Assembly (NCBI RefSeq): GCF_000026545.1
Contig: NC_011601.1
Strand: one strand, 5' to 3'
Length of the DNA: 64,000 nucleotides
From: Escherichia coli O127:H6 str. E2348/69
Lineage (GTDB): Bacteria; Pseudomonadota; Gammaproteobacteria; Enterobacterales; Enterobacteriaceae
Below the pieces are notes generated by a model that saw only the letters and a program-made list of their open reading frames with translations, had not been told where the DNA came from and made no database searches. The position numbers were made by a program, and so were the translations under genes. This document shows, in pieces, positions 10,798 to 21,628 of this stretch (its first letter is position 1; each line of letters opens with the position of its first letter).

Positions 10798-12096
10798 ATG
10801 CGTAAAATTAAAGGGTTACGTTGGTATATGATCGCACTGGTGACGCTCGGCACCGTGCTTGGTTACCTGACGCGTAACACTGTGGCGGCAGCTGCGCCAA
10901 CTCTGATGGAAGAGTTAAACATCTCCACCCAACAGTATTCCTATATCATCGCAGCGTATTCTGCTGCTTATACGGTCATGCAACCGGTAGCGGGTTATGT
11001 ACTGGATGTGCTGGGTACGAAAATCGGTTATGCAATGTTTGCTGTACTGTGGGCCGTGTTCTGTGGTGCAACTGCGCTGGCAGGTAGTTGGGGTGGCCTG
11101 GCGGTTGCTCGTGGTGCGGTCGGTGCCGCGGAAGCCGCGATGATTCCGGCGGGTCTGAAAGCCAGCTCCGAATGGTTCCCGGCGAAAGAGCGTTCCATCG
11201 CGGTAGGTTACTTTAACGTAGGTTCTTCGATTGGTGCGATGATTGCGCCGCCGCTGGTGGTATGGGCAATCGTGATGCACAGCTGGCAGATGGCATTTAT
11301 CATCTCCGGTGCGTTGAGCTTTATCTGGGCGATGGCATGGCTGATTTTCTACAAGCATCCGCGCGACCAGAAACATCTGACCGATGAAGAACGCGACTAC
11401 ATTATTAATGGTCAGGAAGCCCAGCACCAGGTTGACACAGCGAAGAAAATGTCAGTTGGTCAGATCCTGCGTAACCGTCAGTTCTGGGGTATCGCGCTGC
11501 CGCGATTCCTGGCAGAACCGGCATGGGGTACTTTTAACGCGTGGATCCCGCTGTTCATGTTTAAAGTTTACGGCTTTAACCTGAAAGAGATCGCGATGTT
11601 TGCCTGGATGCCGATGCTGTTTGCTGACCTCGGTTGTATCCTCGGTGGTTACCTGCCGCCGCTGTTCCAGCGTTGGTTTGGTGTGAACCTGATCGTTTCC
11701 CGTAAGATGGTCGTAACGCTGGGCGCTGTGCTGATGATTGGCCCGGGTATGATCGGTCTGTTCACCAACCCGTATGTCGCGATTATGCTGCTGTGTATCG
11801 GTGGTTTTGCTCACCAGGCACTGTCTGGCGCACTGATTACGCTCTCTTCTGACGTGTTCGGTCGTAACGAAGTGGCGACGGCGAACGGTTTAACCGGGAT
11901 GTCCGCATGGCTGGCAAGTACGCTGTTTGCACTGGTAGTCGGTGCACTGGCTGACACCATCGGCTTCAGCCCGCTGTTCGCAGTTCTGGCAGTGTTCGAC
12001 CTGGTAGGTGCGCTGGTTATCTGGACCGTGTTGCAGAACAAACCGGCGATTGAGGTGGCGCAGGAATCACATAACGATCCCGCACCGCAACATTAA
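10798..12096 (+). CDS. exuT: Hexuronate MFS transporter
   Basis: ORF 10678..12096; start at MRKIKGLRWY gives 432 aa. Confidence 0.9.
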   Translation: MRKIKGLRWYMIALVTLGTVLGYLTRNTVAAAAPTLMEELNISTQQYSYIIAAYSAAYTVMQPVAGYVLDVLGTKIGYAMFAVLWAVFCGATALAGSWGGLAVARGAVGAAEAAMIPAGLKASSEWFPAKERSIAVGYFNVGSSIGAMIAPPLVVWAIVMHSWQMAFIISGALSFIWAMAWLIFYKHPRDQKHLTDEERDYIINGQEAQHQVDTAKKMSVGQILRNRQFWGIALPRFLAEPAWGTFNAWIPLFMFKVYGFNLKEIAMFAWMPMLFADLGCILGGYLPPLFQRWFGVNLIVSRKMVVTLGAVLMIGPGMIGLFTNPYVAIMLLCIGGFAHQALSGALITLSSDVFGRNEVATANGLTGMSAWLASTLFALVVGALADTIGFSPLFAVLAVFDLVGALVIWTVLQNKPAIEVAQESHNDPAPQH

Positions 12097-12125
12097 GGCT
12101 TCGTGTAAGTTTTAGTTTCCCTTCA

Positions 12126-12150
12126 AAGCCGCCTTCTCAGGCGGCTTTTT
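12126..12150 (+). terminator. Rho-independent terminator after exuT
   Basis: aaagccgcc-ttctca-ggcggc followed by ttttt. Confidence 0.7.
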
Positions 12151-12225
12151 CATCACTGCGAGTAGAGCTAAACTCGCAAAAGTGGTATAACAAATATAGT
12201 CTGCCGTATCATGCCTGGAGCGCAT

Positions 12226-13002
12226 ATGGAAATCACTGAACCACGCCGTTTGTATCAACAACTTGCCGCTGACCTGAAAGAGCGCATCGAACAGGGCGTC
12301 TATCTGGTGGGTGATAAACTGCCTGCTGAGCGCTTTATTGCCGATGAAAAAAACGTCAGCCGCACCGTGGTTCGTGAAGCCATCATCATGCTGGAAGTTG
12401 AAGGCTATGTCGAAGTGCGTAAAGGTTCAGGTATTCATGTGGTTTCCAACCAGCCGCGCCATCAGCAGGCGGCTGACAATAATATGGAATTCGCCAATTA
12501 CGGTCCGTTTGAGTTGCTCCAGGCTCGCCAGCTCATCGAAAGTAATATTGCCGAGTTCGCGGCAACTCAGGTGACGAAACAGGACATCATGAAACTGATG
12601 GCCATCCAGGAGCAGGCGCGCGGCGAACAATGCTTCCGTGATTCCGAGTGGGATTTGCAGTTCCACATTCAGGTAGCCCTGGCGACGCAGAACTCCGCCC
12701 TGGCGGCTATCGTTGAAAAAATGTGGACCCAGCGTAGCCATAACCCGTACTGGAAAAAACTACACGAACACATTGATGCCCGTACTGTCGATAACTGGTG
12801 CGATGACCACGATCAGATCCTCAAGGCGTTAATTCGCAAAGATCCTCATGCTGCTAAGCTGGCAATGTGGCAGCATCTGGAAAACACCAAAATCATGTTA
12901 TTTAACGAAACCAGCGACGATTTCGAGTTCAATGCCGACCGCTATCTGTTCGCAGAAAACCCGGTAGTGCATCTCGATACGGCCACCAGCGGCATCAAAT
13001 GA
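12226..13002 (+). CDS. exuR: GntR-family repressor of hexuronate genes
   Basis: ORF 12211..13002; start at [13 protein letters not shown] gives 258 aa; HTH N-terminus. Confidence 0.9.
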   Translation: MEITEPRRLYQQLAADLKERIEQGVYLVGDKLPAERFIADEKNVSRTVVREAIIMLEVEGYVEVRKGSGIHVVSNQPRHQQAADNNMEFANYGPFELLQARQLIESNIAEFAATQVTKQDIMKLMAIQEQARGEQCFRDSEWDLQFHIQVALATQNSALAAIVEKMWTQRSHNPYWKKLHEHIDARTVDNWCDDHDQILKALIRKDPHAAKLAMWQHLENTKIMLFNETSDDFEFNADRYLFAENPVVHLDTATSGIK

Positions 13003-13346
13003 AATTTCCATCCGACAGGCGCTGCAATGCGCCTGTTTGCTTCGTCGGTAAGCGAAAAGTATAAAGTGTCAGCCTGTGTAAATCCTCTCGCCACCCTCCC
13101 CTGCAATCAGCAAAATCAGACTCTACGGACATGTAATTTTGATAACGAACAACGTTGACCTTTGTTACAATTAGATTCAATTTGAATTTATGCTTTTGAA
13201 TGCTTTCTTATCTCACGATTTAACAGGGAATAGTTCAGGCTGTGTTGATGTATCAAACCCGCAGAACATACCAAGACAGCAATAACATTGCGGTAGTGCA
13301 TCATTTAAAACCAGCGTGGCGTTAACCGATTCACCAGGAATAATGA

Positions 13347-14009
13347 ATGGAACTTTTGACCCAATTGCTGCAAGCCCTGTGGGCGCAGGATTTTGAAACC
13401 CTGGCCAATCCGTCGATGATTGGCATGTTGTATTTTGTCTTGTTTGTCATTTTGTTCCTTGAAAACGGCTTGCTTCCGGCGGCCTTTTTACCGGGCGACA
13501 GTTTACTGGTACTGGTCGGCGTATTGATTGCGAAAGGCGCGATGGGCTATCCGCAAACGATTCTGCTGCTGACCGTTGCCGCCAGCCTCGGTTGCTGGGT
13601 CAGCTATATTCAGGGGCGATGGCTGGGCAATACCCGCACCGTACAAAACTGGCTATCTCATTTACCCGCGCATTATCATCAACGCGCACACCATCTTTTT
13701 CATAAACACGGTTTATCGGCGCTGTTAATTGGTCGCTTTATTGCATTTGTCAGAACACTGCTGCCGACGATTGCCGGATTATCAGGGCTGAATAACGCGC
13801 GCTTTCAGTTCTTCAACTGGATGAGCGGTCTGCTGTGGGTATTGATCCTGACAACTCTGGGTTACATGCTCGGCAAAACGCCGGTATTTTTAAAGTACGA
13901 GGACCAGCTGATGTCATGCCTGATGCTGCTCCCGGTGGTGCTGCTGGTGTTTGGCCTGGCAGGTTCTCTGGTCGTGTTATGGAAAAAGAAATATGGAAAT
14001 CGGGGGTAA
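13347..14009 (+). CDS. yqjA: DedA-family inner membrane protein
   Basis: 220-aa polytopic ORF; synteny with mzrA. Confidence 0.9.
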   Translation: MELLTQLLQALWAQDFETLANPSMIGMLYFVLFVILFLENGLLPAAFLPGDSLLVLVGVLIAKGAMGYPQTILLLTVAASLGCWVSYIQGRWLGNTRTVQNWLSHLPAHYHQRAHHLFHKHGLSALLIGRFIAFVRTLLPTIAGLSGLNNARFQFFNWMSGLLWVLILTTLGYMLGKTPVFLKYEDQLMSCLMLLPVVLLVFGLAGSLVVLWKKKYGNRG

Positions 14010-14012
14010 GGG

Positions 14013-14396
14013 ATGCAAATACCTCGCATGTCACTTCGCCAGCTAGCCTGGTCCGGCGCTGTTATACTTCTGGTCAGCACACTATTGCTGGCCTGGTCCG
14101 CGGTTCGCCAGCAAGAGTCTACGCTGGCGATTCGTGCCGTTCATCAAGGGACAACGATGCCAGACGGTTTTTCAATCTGGCATCACCTTGACGCTCACGG
14201 CATTCCTTTCAAAAGTATCACCCCCAAAAACGACACTCTGTTAATTACCTTTGACTCCAGCGACCAGAGCGCCGCCGCAAAAGCGGTCCTCGACAGAACA
14301 TTGCCCCATGGCTACATCATTGCGCAGCAGGACAATAACAGTCAGGCTATGCAGTGGCTGACCCGGTTGCGGGATAACTCTCATCGCTTCGGATAA
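14013..14396 (+). CDS. mzrA: Modulator of EnvZ/OmpR
   Basis: 127-aa ORF with N-terminal transmembrane segment, immediately after yqjA. Confidence 0.85.
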   Translation: MQIPRMSLRQLAWSGAVILLVSTLLLAWSAVRQQESTLAIRAVHQGTTMPDGFSIWHHLDAHGIPFKSITPKNDTLLITFDSSDQSAAAKAVLDRTLPHGYIIAQQDNNSQAMQWLTRLRDNSHRFG

Positions 14397-14542
14397 CTTC
14401 CTGTTATCCGAAACAGATCACTCACTTTGGTGATTTCACCGTAACTGTCTATGATTAATGAGGCGGTGGTTAACACTACCGCTTCGTTGTCTGGACAATC
14501 GTTCCTTTGTAATAGGTCCGAATCACAATGGAAGGTTCAAGA

Positions 14543-14911
14543 ATGAAATACCGCATCGCTTTAGCTGTTTCTCTCTTTGCTCTTAGTGCCGGTAGTTATG
14601 CCACTACCCTGTGTCAGGAAAAGGAGCAAAATATCCTTAAGGAGATCAGCTATGCCGAAAAACACCAAAACCAGAATCGTATTGACGGTCTGAATAAAGC
14701 CCTGAGTGAAGTCCGGGCCAACTGTTCAGATAGCCAGCTGCGTGCCGATCATCAGAAGAAAATCGCAAAGCAGAAAGATGAGGTGGCGGAACGCCAGCAA
14801 GATTTAGCCGAGGCGAAGCAAAAAGGCGATGCAGATAAGATTGCCAAACGCGAACGGAAACTGGCAGAAGCGCAGGAAGAGCTGAAAAAGCTGAAAGCGC
14901 GCGACTACTAA
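14543..14911 (+). CDS. yqjC: Periplasmic coiled-coil protein (DUF1090)
   Basis: Signal peptide MKYRIALAVSLFALSAGSYA; Lys/Glu-rich coiled coil. Confidence 0.8.
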   Translation: MKYRIALAVSLFALSAGSYATTLCQEKEQNILKEISYAEKHQNQNRIDGLNKALSEVRANCSDSQLRADHQKKIAKQKDEVAERQQDLAEAKQKGDADKIAKRERKLAEAQEELKKLKARDY

Positions 14912-14948
14912 CTCACAATAGTCACTACTTACTCACCTGGAGAAAACT

Positions 14949-15254
14949 ATGTCGAAAGAACACACTACGGAACATCTGCGTGCTGAGTTGAAATCCCTTT
15001 CCGATACGCTGGAAGAGGTGCTTAGCTCATCTGGCGAGAAGTCAAAAGAAGAGTTGAGTAAGATTCGTAACAAAGCGGAGCAGGCACTGAAACAGAGCCG
15101 TTATCGCCTGGGTGAAACCGGTGATGCCATTGCCAAACAAACCCGTGTCGCGGCGGCGCGTGCCGATGAGTATGTGCGTGAAAATCCGTGGACGGGCGTG
15201 GGCATTGGCGCAGCAATCGGTGTAGTGCTCGGCGTTCTGCTGTCGCGTCGTTAA
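14949..15254 (+). CDS. yqjD: Ribosome-associated membrane protein (ElaB/YgaM/YqjD family)
   Basis: 101-aa ORF with C-terminal transmembrane segment. Confidence 0.85.
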   Translation: MSKEHTTEHLRAELKSLSDTLEEVLSSSGEKSKEELSKIRNKAEQALKQSRYRLGETGDAIAKQTRVAAARADEYVRENPWTGVGIGAAIGVVLGVLLSRR

Positions 15255-15256
15255 TT

Positions 15257-15661
15257 ATGGCGGACACTCATCACGCGCAAGGGCCCGGTAAAAGCGTTCT
15301 GGGCATCGGGCAGCGAATTGTTTCCATCATGGTTGAAATGGTGGAGACACGTCTGCGGCTGGCGGTGGTGGAGCTGGAAGAGGAAAAAGCGAATCTCTTT
15401 CAACTTTTACTGATGCTGGGCCTGACGATGCTTTTCGCTGCATTTGGTCTTATGAGCCTGATGGTGCTAATTATCTGGGCGGTTGATCCGCAATATCGCC
15501 TGAATGCGATGATTGCCACCACCGTGGTGTTGCTGCTACTGGCACTGATTGGCGGCATCTGGACGTTACGTAAATCGCGTAAGTCTACGTTGCTGCGCCA
15601 CACGCGCCATGAGCTGGCAAACGATCGGCAGCTGCTCGAGGAGGAGTCCCGTGAGCAGTAA
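15257..15661 (+). CDS. yqjE: Inner membrane protein YqjE
   Basis: ATG 3 nt after yqjD stop; 134 aa. Confidence 0.8.
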   Translation: MADTHHAQGPGKSVLGIGQRIVSIMVEMVETRLRLAVVELEEEKANLFQLLLMLGLTMLFAAFGLMSLMVLIIWAVDPQYRLNAMIATTVVLLLLALIGGIWTLRKSRKSTLLRHTRHELANDRQLLEEESREQ

Positions 15662-15950
15662 AGTCGAACGTGAACGACGTAAGGCGCAACTGCTTAGCCA
15701 GATCCAGCAACAACGGCTGGATCTTTCCGCCAGTCGTCGTGAATGGCTGGAGGCAACAGGCGCTTACGATCGTCGCTGGAATATGCTGTTGAGTCTGCGC
15801 TCCTGGGCGCTGGTTGGCAGTAGCGTGATGGCTATCTGGACGATTCGCCATCCTAATATGCTGGTCCGCTGGGCCAGACGCGGTTTTGGTGTATGGAGCG
15901 CCTGGCGTCTGGTGAAAACAACCCTCAAGCAACAACAGCTTCGCGGTTAA
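15651..15950 (+). CDS. yqjK: Small protein YqjK
   Basis: GTG start overlapping yqjE stop; 99 aa. Confidence 0.75.
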   Translation: MSSKVERERRKAQLLSQIQQQRLDLSASRREWLEATGAYDRRWNMLLSLRSWALVGSSVMAIWTIRHPNMLVRWARRGFGVWSAWRLVKTTLKQQQLRG

Positions 15951-16136
15951 CTTCCTCTCTGGCCGGAGAAATCCCGGCCTTATCCCTCAAATTTTTTGAA
16001 AATATTTGACAGTTTTCCTTGCTAACAATCACGCTTCGTCACGTTTATGATTCTCTCCATCGACAGCAACGACGCTAATAGCGCGCCCTTGCACAAAAAA
16101 ACAATCAGCAGCCTGAGCGGCGCAGTGGAGAGTATG

Positions 16137-16529
16137 ATGAAAAAATTAGAAGATGTTGGTGTACTGGTAGCGCGTATTTTAATGCCGATTCTGTTTATTA
16201 CGGCAGGCTGGGGAAAAATTACTGGCTACGCGGGTACCCAACAATATATGGAAGCAATGGGCGTCCCCGGCTTTATGCTGCCGCTGGTGATTCTGCTTGA
16301 GTTTGGTGGTGGTCTGGCAATCCTGTTCGGTTTCCTGACACGTACCACAGCCCTGTTTACTGCGGGCTTTACGCTGCTGACGGCATTTTTATTTCACAGC
16401 AACTTTGCAGAAGGCATGAACTCGCTGATGTTTATGAAAAACCTGACTATTTCTGGCGGATTCCTGCTGCTGGCAATTACCGGTCCAGGCGCATTCAGCA
16501 TCGACCGCCTGCTGAATAAAAAGTGGTAA
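16137..16529 (+). CDS. yqjF: DoxX-family membrane protein
   Basis: ORF 16047..16529; internal Met gives 130 aa. Confidence 0.85.
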   Translation: MKKLEDVGVLVARILMPILFITAGWGKITGYAGTQQYMEAMGVPGFMLPLVILLEFGGGLAILFGFLTRTTALFTAGFTLLTAFLFHSNFAEGMNSLMFMKNLTISGGFLLLAITGPGAFSIDRLLNKKW

Positions 16530-16554
16530 GCACGCGCTATACTTAACGATAAAA

Positions 16555-16579
16555 AACGAGGGGGAAGCTCCTCGTTTTT
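16555..16579 (+). terminator. Rho-independent terminator after yqjF
   Basis: aacgaggggg-aagc-tcctcgtt followed by ttttt. Confidence 0.7.
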
Positions 16580-16598
16580 GCTATTGGAGGATAGAAAA

Positions 16599-17585
16599 AT
16601 GGGTCAACTGATTGACGGCGTCTGGCATGACACCTGGTACGATACCAAATCCACCGGCGGTAAATTTCAACGTTCAGCTTCCGCATTTCGTAACTGGCTC
16701 ACTGCCGATGGCGCGCCAGGCCCCACTGGCAAAGGCGGTTTTGCCGCAGAGAAAGATCGTTATCATCTCTATGTTTCACTCGCCTGCCCGTGGGCACACC
16801 GCACGCTGATCATGCGTAAGCTCAAAGGACTGGAACCGTTTATTTCCGTTTCCGTAGTGAACCCGCTGATGCTGGAAAACGGCTGGACCTTTGATGACAG
16901 TTTTCCGGGAGCAACCGGCGACACGCTCTATCAACATGAATTTCTGTATCAGCTTTATCTCCACGCCGATCCACACTACAGCGGACGAGTGACTGTTCCC
17001 GTGCTGTGGGACAAAAAAAACCACACCATCGTCAGCAACGAATCAGCAGAAATCATACGCATGTTCAATACCGCGTTTGATGCGCTGGGTGCGAAAGCTG
17101 GAGATTACTACCCACCAGCCCTGCAACTGAAAATTGACGAACTTAACGGCTGGATTTACGACACCGTTAACAATGGCGTGTATAAAGCCGGTTTTGCCAC
17201 CAGCCAGCAAGCCTACGACGAGGCGGTGGCGAAAGTGTTTAAATCGCTGGCGCGACTGGAACAGATTTTAGGTCAGCACCGTTACCTGACCGGCAACCAG
17301 CTAACCGAAGCCGATATTCGCCTGTGGACCACGCTGGTGCGTTTTGATCCAGTGTATGTGACCCACTTCAAGTGTGATAAGCACCGCATCAGCGATTACC
17401 TGAATCTGTATGGCTTCCTGCGCGATATCTACCAGATGCCGGGAATTGCCGAAACAGTCAATTTCGATCACATCCGTAATCATTACTTCCGCAGCCATAA
17501 GACCATCAACCCTACGGGGATTATTTCAATTGGTCCGTGGCAGGATCTCGATGAACCGCATGGACGAGATGTTCGCTTCGGTTAA
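16599..17585 (+). CDS. yqjG: Glutathionyl-hydroquinone reductase (Xi-class GST)
   Basis: ORF 16578..17585; start at MGQLIDGVWHD gives 328 aa. Confidence 0.9.
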   Translation: MGQLIDGVWHDTWYDTKSTGGKFQRSASAFRNWLTADGAPGPTGKGGFAAEKDRYHLYVSLACPWAHRTLIMRKLKGLEPFISVSVVNPLMLENGWTFDDSFPGATGDTLYQHEFLYQLYLHADPHYSGRVTVPVLWDKKNHTIVSNESAEIIRMFNTAFDALGAKAGDYYPPALQLKIDELNGWIYDTVNNGVYKAGFATSQQAYDEAVAKVFKSLARLEQILGQHRYLTGNQLTEADIRLWTTLVRFDPVYVTHFKCDKHRISDYLNLYGFLRDIYQMPGIAETVNFDHIRNHYFRSHKTINPTGIISIGPWQDLDEPHGRDVRFG

Positions 17586-17635
17586 AAAAAGGCACCTTAC
17601 GAGGTGCCTCTGATAATTAGCTAAGTACGTGTTGT

Positions 17636-17745
17636 TCATGTCGGATGCGGCGTAAACGCCTTATCAAACCTACAAAACATTTATATTCAATATGTTGCAA
17701 TGACCGCGCAGGCCAGATAAGCGTAGCGCATCTGGCAATTTTGCG
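17636..17745. repeat. REP (repetitive extragenic palindrome) elements
   Basis: gtcggatgcggcgtaaacgccttatc and gcaggccagataagcgtagcgcatctggc motifs. Confidence 0.75.
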
Positions 17746-17867
17746 CTTGCCCTTATCCTTCACAGCGCCTTATTAATTCATCGCGATAATATTTACTGCC
17801 ATTTCATTCACGTCTATTCTTAATTTGCTGCTTTAAAAACAAGTGATTGAGCAAAATTGAGGCAAAA

Positions 17868-18236
17868 ATGGACTGGTATCTGAAAGTACTAAAAAATTAT
17901 GTCGGTTTCCGGGGGCGTGCGCGGCGCAAAGAGTACTGGATGTTTATTCTGGTCAACATCATCTTTACGTTCGTGCTGGGGCTACTGGATAAAATGTTAG
18001 GCTGGCAACGTGCCGGTGGCGAAGGCATCCTGACGACAATCTACGGTATTCTGGTGTTTTTACCATGGTGGGCAGTTCAGTTCCGCCGCCTGCACGACAC
18101 CGACCGCTCGGCGTGGTGGGCACTGCTATTCTTAATCCCGTTCATCGGCTGGCTTATTATCATCGTCTTTAACTGCCAGGCGGGTACGCCAGGCGAAAAC
18201 CGCTTTGGACCAGATCCGAAACTGGAACAAGAATAA
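17868..18236 (+). CDS. yhaH: DUF805 inner membrane protein (YhaH/YhaI family)
   Basis: ORF 17847..18236; hydrophobic; only one DUF805 gene present, so assignment to yhaH rather than its paralog yhaI is uncertain. Confidence 0.6.
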   Translation: MDWYLKVLKNYVGFRGRARRKEYWMFILVNIIFTFVLGLLDKMLGWQRAGGEGILTTIYGILVFLPWWAVQFRRLHDTDRSAWWALLFLIPFIGWLIIIVFNCQAGTPGENRFGPDPKLEQE

Positions 18237-18269
18237 TAATTAAGCACCTTGTAAAAGGTGCTTAATCGA

Positions 18270-19166
18270 TTATTTTCCGCTAAAAAGTTTGGGAATTTCC
18301 CGCAGACACCAGGATTTCGCCTCCCCCATACTGTCACGACGCCAGGCCATAATAATATCGATCTCGCTGGTCGATTCCGGGCTGACGACACGCAACCGCC
18401 CTTCCGCAATATCTTTTTCGACCATCGGATACGGCATCGTCGCCACGCCAAGCCCCGCCAGTAATGCCTGACGTTTATCTTCAATCGTGCTCACCGTTAA
18501 GCGCGGCTGTTTGTCCAGCAACTGTACGGTCAACACCGGGCGCTCACGAGCGGTATCCGCCACCGCAATTCCACGATATTTCACGCGCGTCACTTCAGAT
18601 AACGGTTCCGGCTCCTGATGAATCGGGTGATCCGGCGCGGCAACATAGACGTTCATTAAGGTATAGAGTTTGCGCGAGTTGATCTCCGACGAGGAACGAA
18701 AATGCATATCCGGCGCGATAACGATATCCGCCCGCCCCTGCTCCAGCCGTTCCCACGCCCCCGCCAGCACTTCGGTGATAATTGCCAGTTGGGTATTGGC
18801 TTTTGCCGCCAGTTTGTCGATTAACGGGAAAAAGGCAGGTGTCGGTACCAGCGCCTCGGTCACAATGGTGAGATGCGTTTCCCAACCGCGCGCGAGGGCT
18901 TCCGCATCGGTAGTCAGTTTATCTGCGGCTTCCAGCAAAACGCGCCCTCGTTCCAGCAACATCCTCCCGACATTGGTGAATTTGGTGCGATGGCCCGAGC
19001 GGTCAAACAGCACCACATCCAGCTCTTCTTCCAGTTTTTGCATGGTGTAGCTAAGTGCGGAAGGCACGCGTCCCAGCTCATCCGCCGCCGCCGCAAAACT
19101 GCCCCGGCGATCGATCGCATCCATAACCCGTAGTGCTTCCAGCGTTAATGCCCTTTCTTTGGCCAT
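18270..19166 (-). CDS. yhaJ: LysR-family transcriptional regulator
   Basis: 298-aa ORF, N-terminal HTH; divergent from yhaK. Confidence 0.9.
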   Translation of the reverse strand: MAKERALTLEALRVMDAIDRRGSFAAAADELGRVPSALSYTMQKLEEELDVVLFDRSGHRTKFTNVGRMLLERGRVLLEAADKLTTDAEALARGWETHLTIVTEALVPTPAFFPLIDKLAAKANTQLAIITEVLAGAWERLEQGRADIVIAPDMHFRSSSEINSRKLYTLMNVYVAAPDHPIHQEPEPLSEVTRVKYRGIAVADTARERPVLTVQLLDKQPRLTVSTIEDKRQALLAGLGVATMPYPMVEKDIAEGRLRVVSPESTSEIDIIMAWRRDSMGEAKSWCLREIPKLFSGK

Positions 19167-19270
19167 TTCGTTCTCATTCAGGAAATTTGAACATACCGGG
19201 CAGAATATCTGGCTAACAATGTAGCGTCCAGCCCCTTACCATAAAAGGAAGTAAAGAGAGGTCAAGAATT

Positions 19271-19972
19271 ATGATTACTACCCGAACTGCCAGGCAGTGT
19301 GGACAAGCAGACTACGGATGGTTGCAGGCCCGGTATACTTTTTCCTTTGGACACTACTTCGACCCGAAATTGTTAGGCTATGCCTCCCTGCGCGTGCTTA
19401 ACCAGGAAGTGCTGGCCCCAGGTGCCGCCTTTCAGCCGCGAACCTATCCCAAAGTCGATATTTTAAATGTGATTCTGGATGGAGAAGCTGAGTATCGCGA
19501 CAGCGAAGGCAATCATGTTCAGGCCAGCGCTGGTGAGGTGTTACTGCTCTCTACCCAGCCGGGTGTCAGCTATAGCGAACACAATCTCAGCAAAGACAAA
19601 TCGTTAACGCGAATGCAACTTTGGCTGGATGCCTGCCCACAACGAGAGAATCCGCTGATTCAAAAACTGGCGCTTAATATGAGCAAGCAGCAATTAATCG
19701 CCTCGCCAGAAGGTGGGATGGGAAGCCTGCAATTGCGCCAGCAAGTGCGGCTGCACCATATCGTGCTCGACAAAGGCGAAAGTGCGAATTTCCAGTTGCA
19801 TGGGCCACGCGCGTATTTGCAATCGATTCACGGGAAATTTCATGCGCTTACGCATCATGAAGAGAAAGCGGCGCTAACCTGCGGTGATGGGGCGTTTATT
19901 CGTGACGAGGCTAACATTACGCTGGTTGCCGATTCCCCACTGCGCGCTTTGCTGATAGATTTGCCTGTCTAG
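19271..19972 (+). CDS. yhaK: Pirin-like bicupin protein
   Basis: 233-aa ORF; synteny. Confidence 0.9.
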   Translation: MITTRTARQCGQADYGWLQARYTFSFGHYFDPKLLGYASLRVLNQEVLAPGAAFQPRTYPKVDILNVILDGEAEYRDSEGNHVQASAGEVLLLSTQPGVSYSEHNLSKDKSLTRMQLWLDACPQRENPLIQKLALNMSKQQLIASPEGGMGSLQLRQQVRLHHIVLDKGESANFQLHGPRAYLQSIHGKFHALTHHEEKAALTCGDGAFIRDEANITLVADSPLRALLIDLPV

Positions 19973-19994
19973 TTGTTTTTACAGGGAGATGATG

Positions 19995-20159
19995 ATGAGT
20001 AAAAAATCGGCCAAAAAGCGCCAGCCAGTGAAGCCCGTGGTGGCGAAAGAACCTGCTCGTACCGCCAAAAATTTTGGCTATGAAGAGATGTTGAGCGAGC
20101 TGGAAGCCATCGTCGCGGATGCTGAAACGCGTTTAGCCGAGGATGAAGCTACCGCGTAA
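19995..20159 (+). CDS. yhaL: Small protein YhaL (54 aa)
   Basis: atgagtaaaaaatcggcc...gctaccgcgtaa read by hand (below the track size cut-off); SD gggaga upstream. Confidence 0.7.
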   Translation: MSKKSAKKRQPVKPVVAKEPARTAKNFGYEEMLSELEAIVADAETRLAEDEATA

Positions 20160-20165
20160 AGACAG

Positions 20166-20272
<107 letters not shown>

Positions 20273-20290
20273 GATACCCAAAACTGGCGT

Positions 20291-21601
20291 TTATCTGGCC
20301 TTGCTCGCCATAATCTCGATAATCTGCCGATCCGTTTGCTGCATCGAATGGCTTGCTAACGCACACAGGTTGGCAATCGACTGCTCAACATCATGCGCCA
20401 CAATCCCTTCATTGCCGGTCACGGCGGTATCATCCAGTGCCATTAACACCGCTTTCCACGCAGCCGAAGCACTGGTCGAAACCTTCATCGCGCAGCTGTT
20501 CGACGCTCCATCGCAAATCATGCCGCTGACATCGCCGATCATACTGCTGATCGCCATCGAAATGGTTTCATAACGCCCATCCACCAGCCATGCCATCCCA
20601 GCGGCGGCCCCCATTGCTGCGGTCGTTGCGGCACAAAGCGCAGACAAACGCGGTAACTGGTTATGGATGTAAATCGCGCTCAAATGCGAAAGCATCAGCG
20701 CACGCGCCAGCCGTTCATCATCCGCTCCGAAGTGTTCTGCTACCACCACCACAGGCATTGTTGCGGTGATCCCCTGGTTACCCGAGCCGGAGTTACTCAT
20801 TGCCGGAAGCGTAGCGCCGCCCATACGCGCATCGGATGCCGCGCTGGTACGAATCACAATGGATGAAGAGAGATCTTTCGCCAGCAAACCGCGCTCGCAC
20901 TGTTTTTCCAGCGTCGCACCAATATGCAGCCCCCAGTTACCACTCAAACCTTCCTGCGATAACGCGCAATTTAGCTTCGCGGAATCGAGAATAAAGCGGA
21001 TCGCCGCAAACGGGACTTCATTGACGAACTTCAGGATCTCAGCCAGCGTCGTTCTGGAAAGCACCGTCAGCGGAGACTCTTGCTCGCCCTCTGTCACACA
21101 CGCCTGCTGGGTAAACACCACACCATTGTGCGTCTCAATATGCACAATGTTGGTATGCCCGCCGACAATGGTGACACACGCCCACTTCTCACCGTTCCAG
21201 ACTTTGGCGCGTGAGAAGAGGATTTCATCGCAAGGTTCCTGGATCTTAACTGAGACTTTCCCCGCCGCCAGCAGTGCTTTGGCATCGGCAATTGCCTGCG
21301 CAGTTGCGTCTTTCAGCACTTCCAGCCCGGCGTTAGCATTTCCACCTAACGCTCCCAGCGCCGCCGCAATTGGCAGCCCCACCATTCCCGTGCCGGGAAC
21401 GGTGACGCCCAGACCGTTCTTCATCAGATTTGGCGAAACCCAGGCTTCTACACGTTCAACCGGACCTTCCAGTTCTGCCGCAGCAACCGCCGCCGCCAGC
21501 GCCAGTGAAATCGGTTCAGTACATCCCAGCGCCGGTTTTACTTCCTCCTGAACGGCGAGGATGTAACGCTGCCATAACGGATTTAAAGTCGAATCAAACA
21601 T
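20291..21601 (-). CDS. cyuA: L-cysteine desulfidase
   Basis: 436-aa ORF (formerly yhaM); operon with cyuP. Confidence 0.9.
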   Translation of the reverse strand: MFDSTLNPLWQRYILAVQEEVKPALGCTEPISLALAAAVAAAELEGPVERVEAWVSPNLMKNGLGVTVPGTGMVGLPIAAALGALGGNANAGLEVLKDATAQAIADAKALLAAGKVSVKIQEPCDEILFSRAKVWNGEKWACVTIVGGHTNIVHIETHNGVVFTQQACVTEGEQESPLTVLSRTTLAEILKFVNEVPFAAIRFILDSAKLNCALSQEGLSGNWGLHIGATLEKQCERGLLAKDLSSSIVIRTSAASDARMGGATLPAMSNSGSGNQGITATMPVVVVAEHFGADDERLARALMLSHLSAIYIHNQLPRLSALCAATTAAMGAAAGMAWLVDGRYETISMAISSMIGDVSGMICDGASNSCAMKVSTSASAAWKAVLMALDDTAVTGNEGIVAHDVEQSIANLCALASHSMQQTDRQIIEIMASKAR

Positions 21602-21628
21602 ATTAAAAACCTTAAAATTTCAGGTAAA

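Noticed and set aside
20766-21551. 261-aa plus-strand ORF
   Set aside because: Antisense to cyuA; Ser/Ala/Pro-rich product typical of reverse-frame artefacts.
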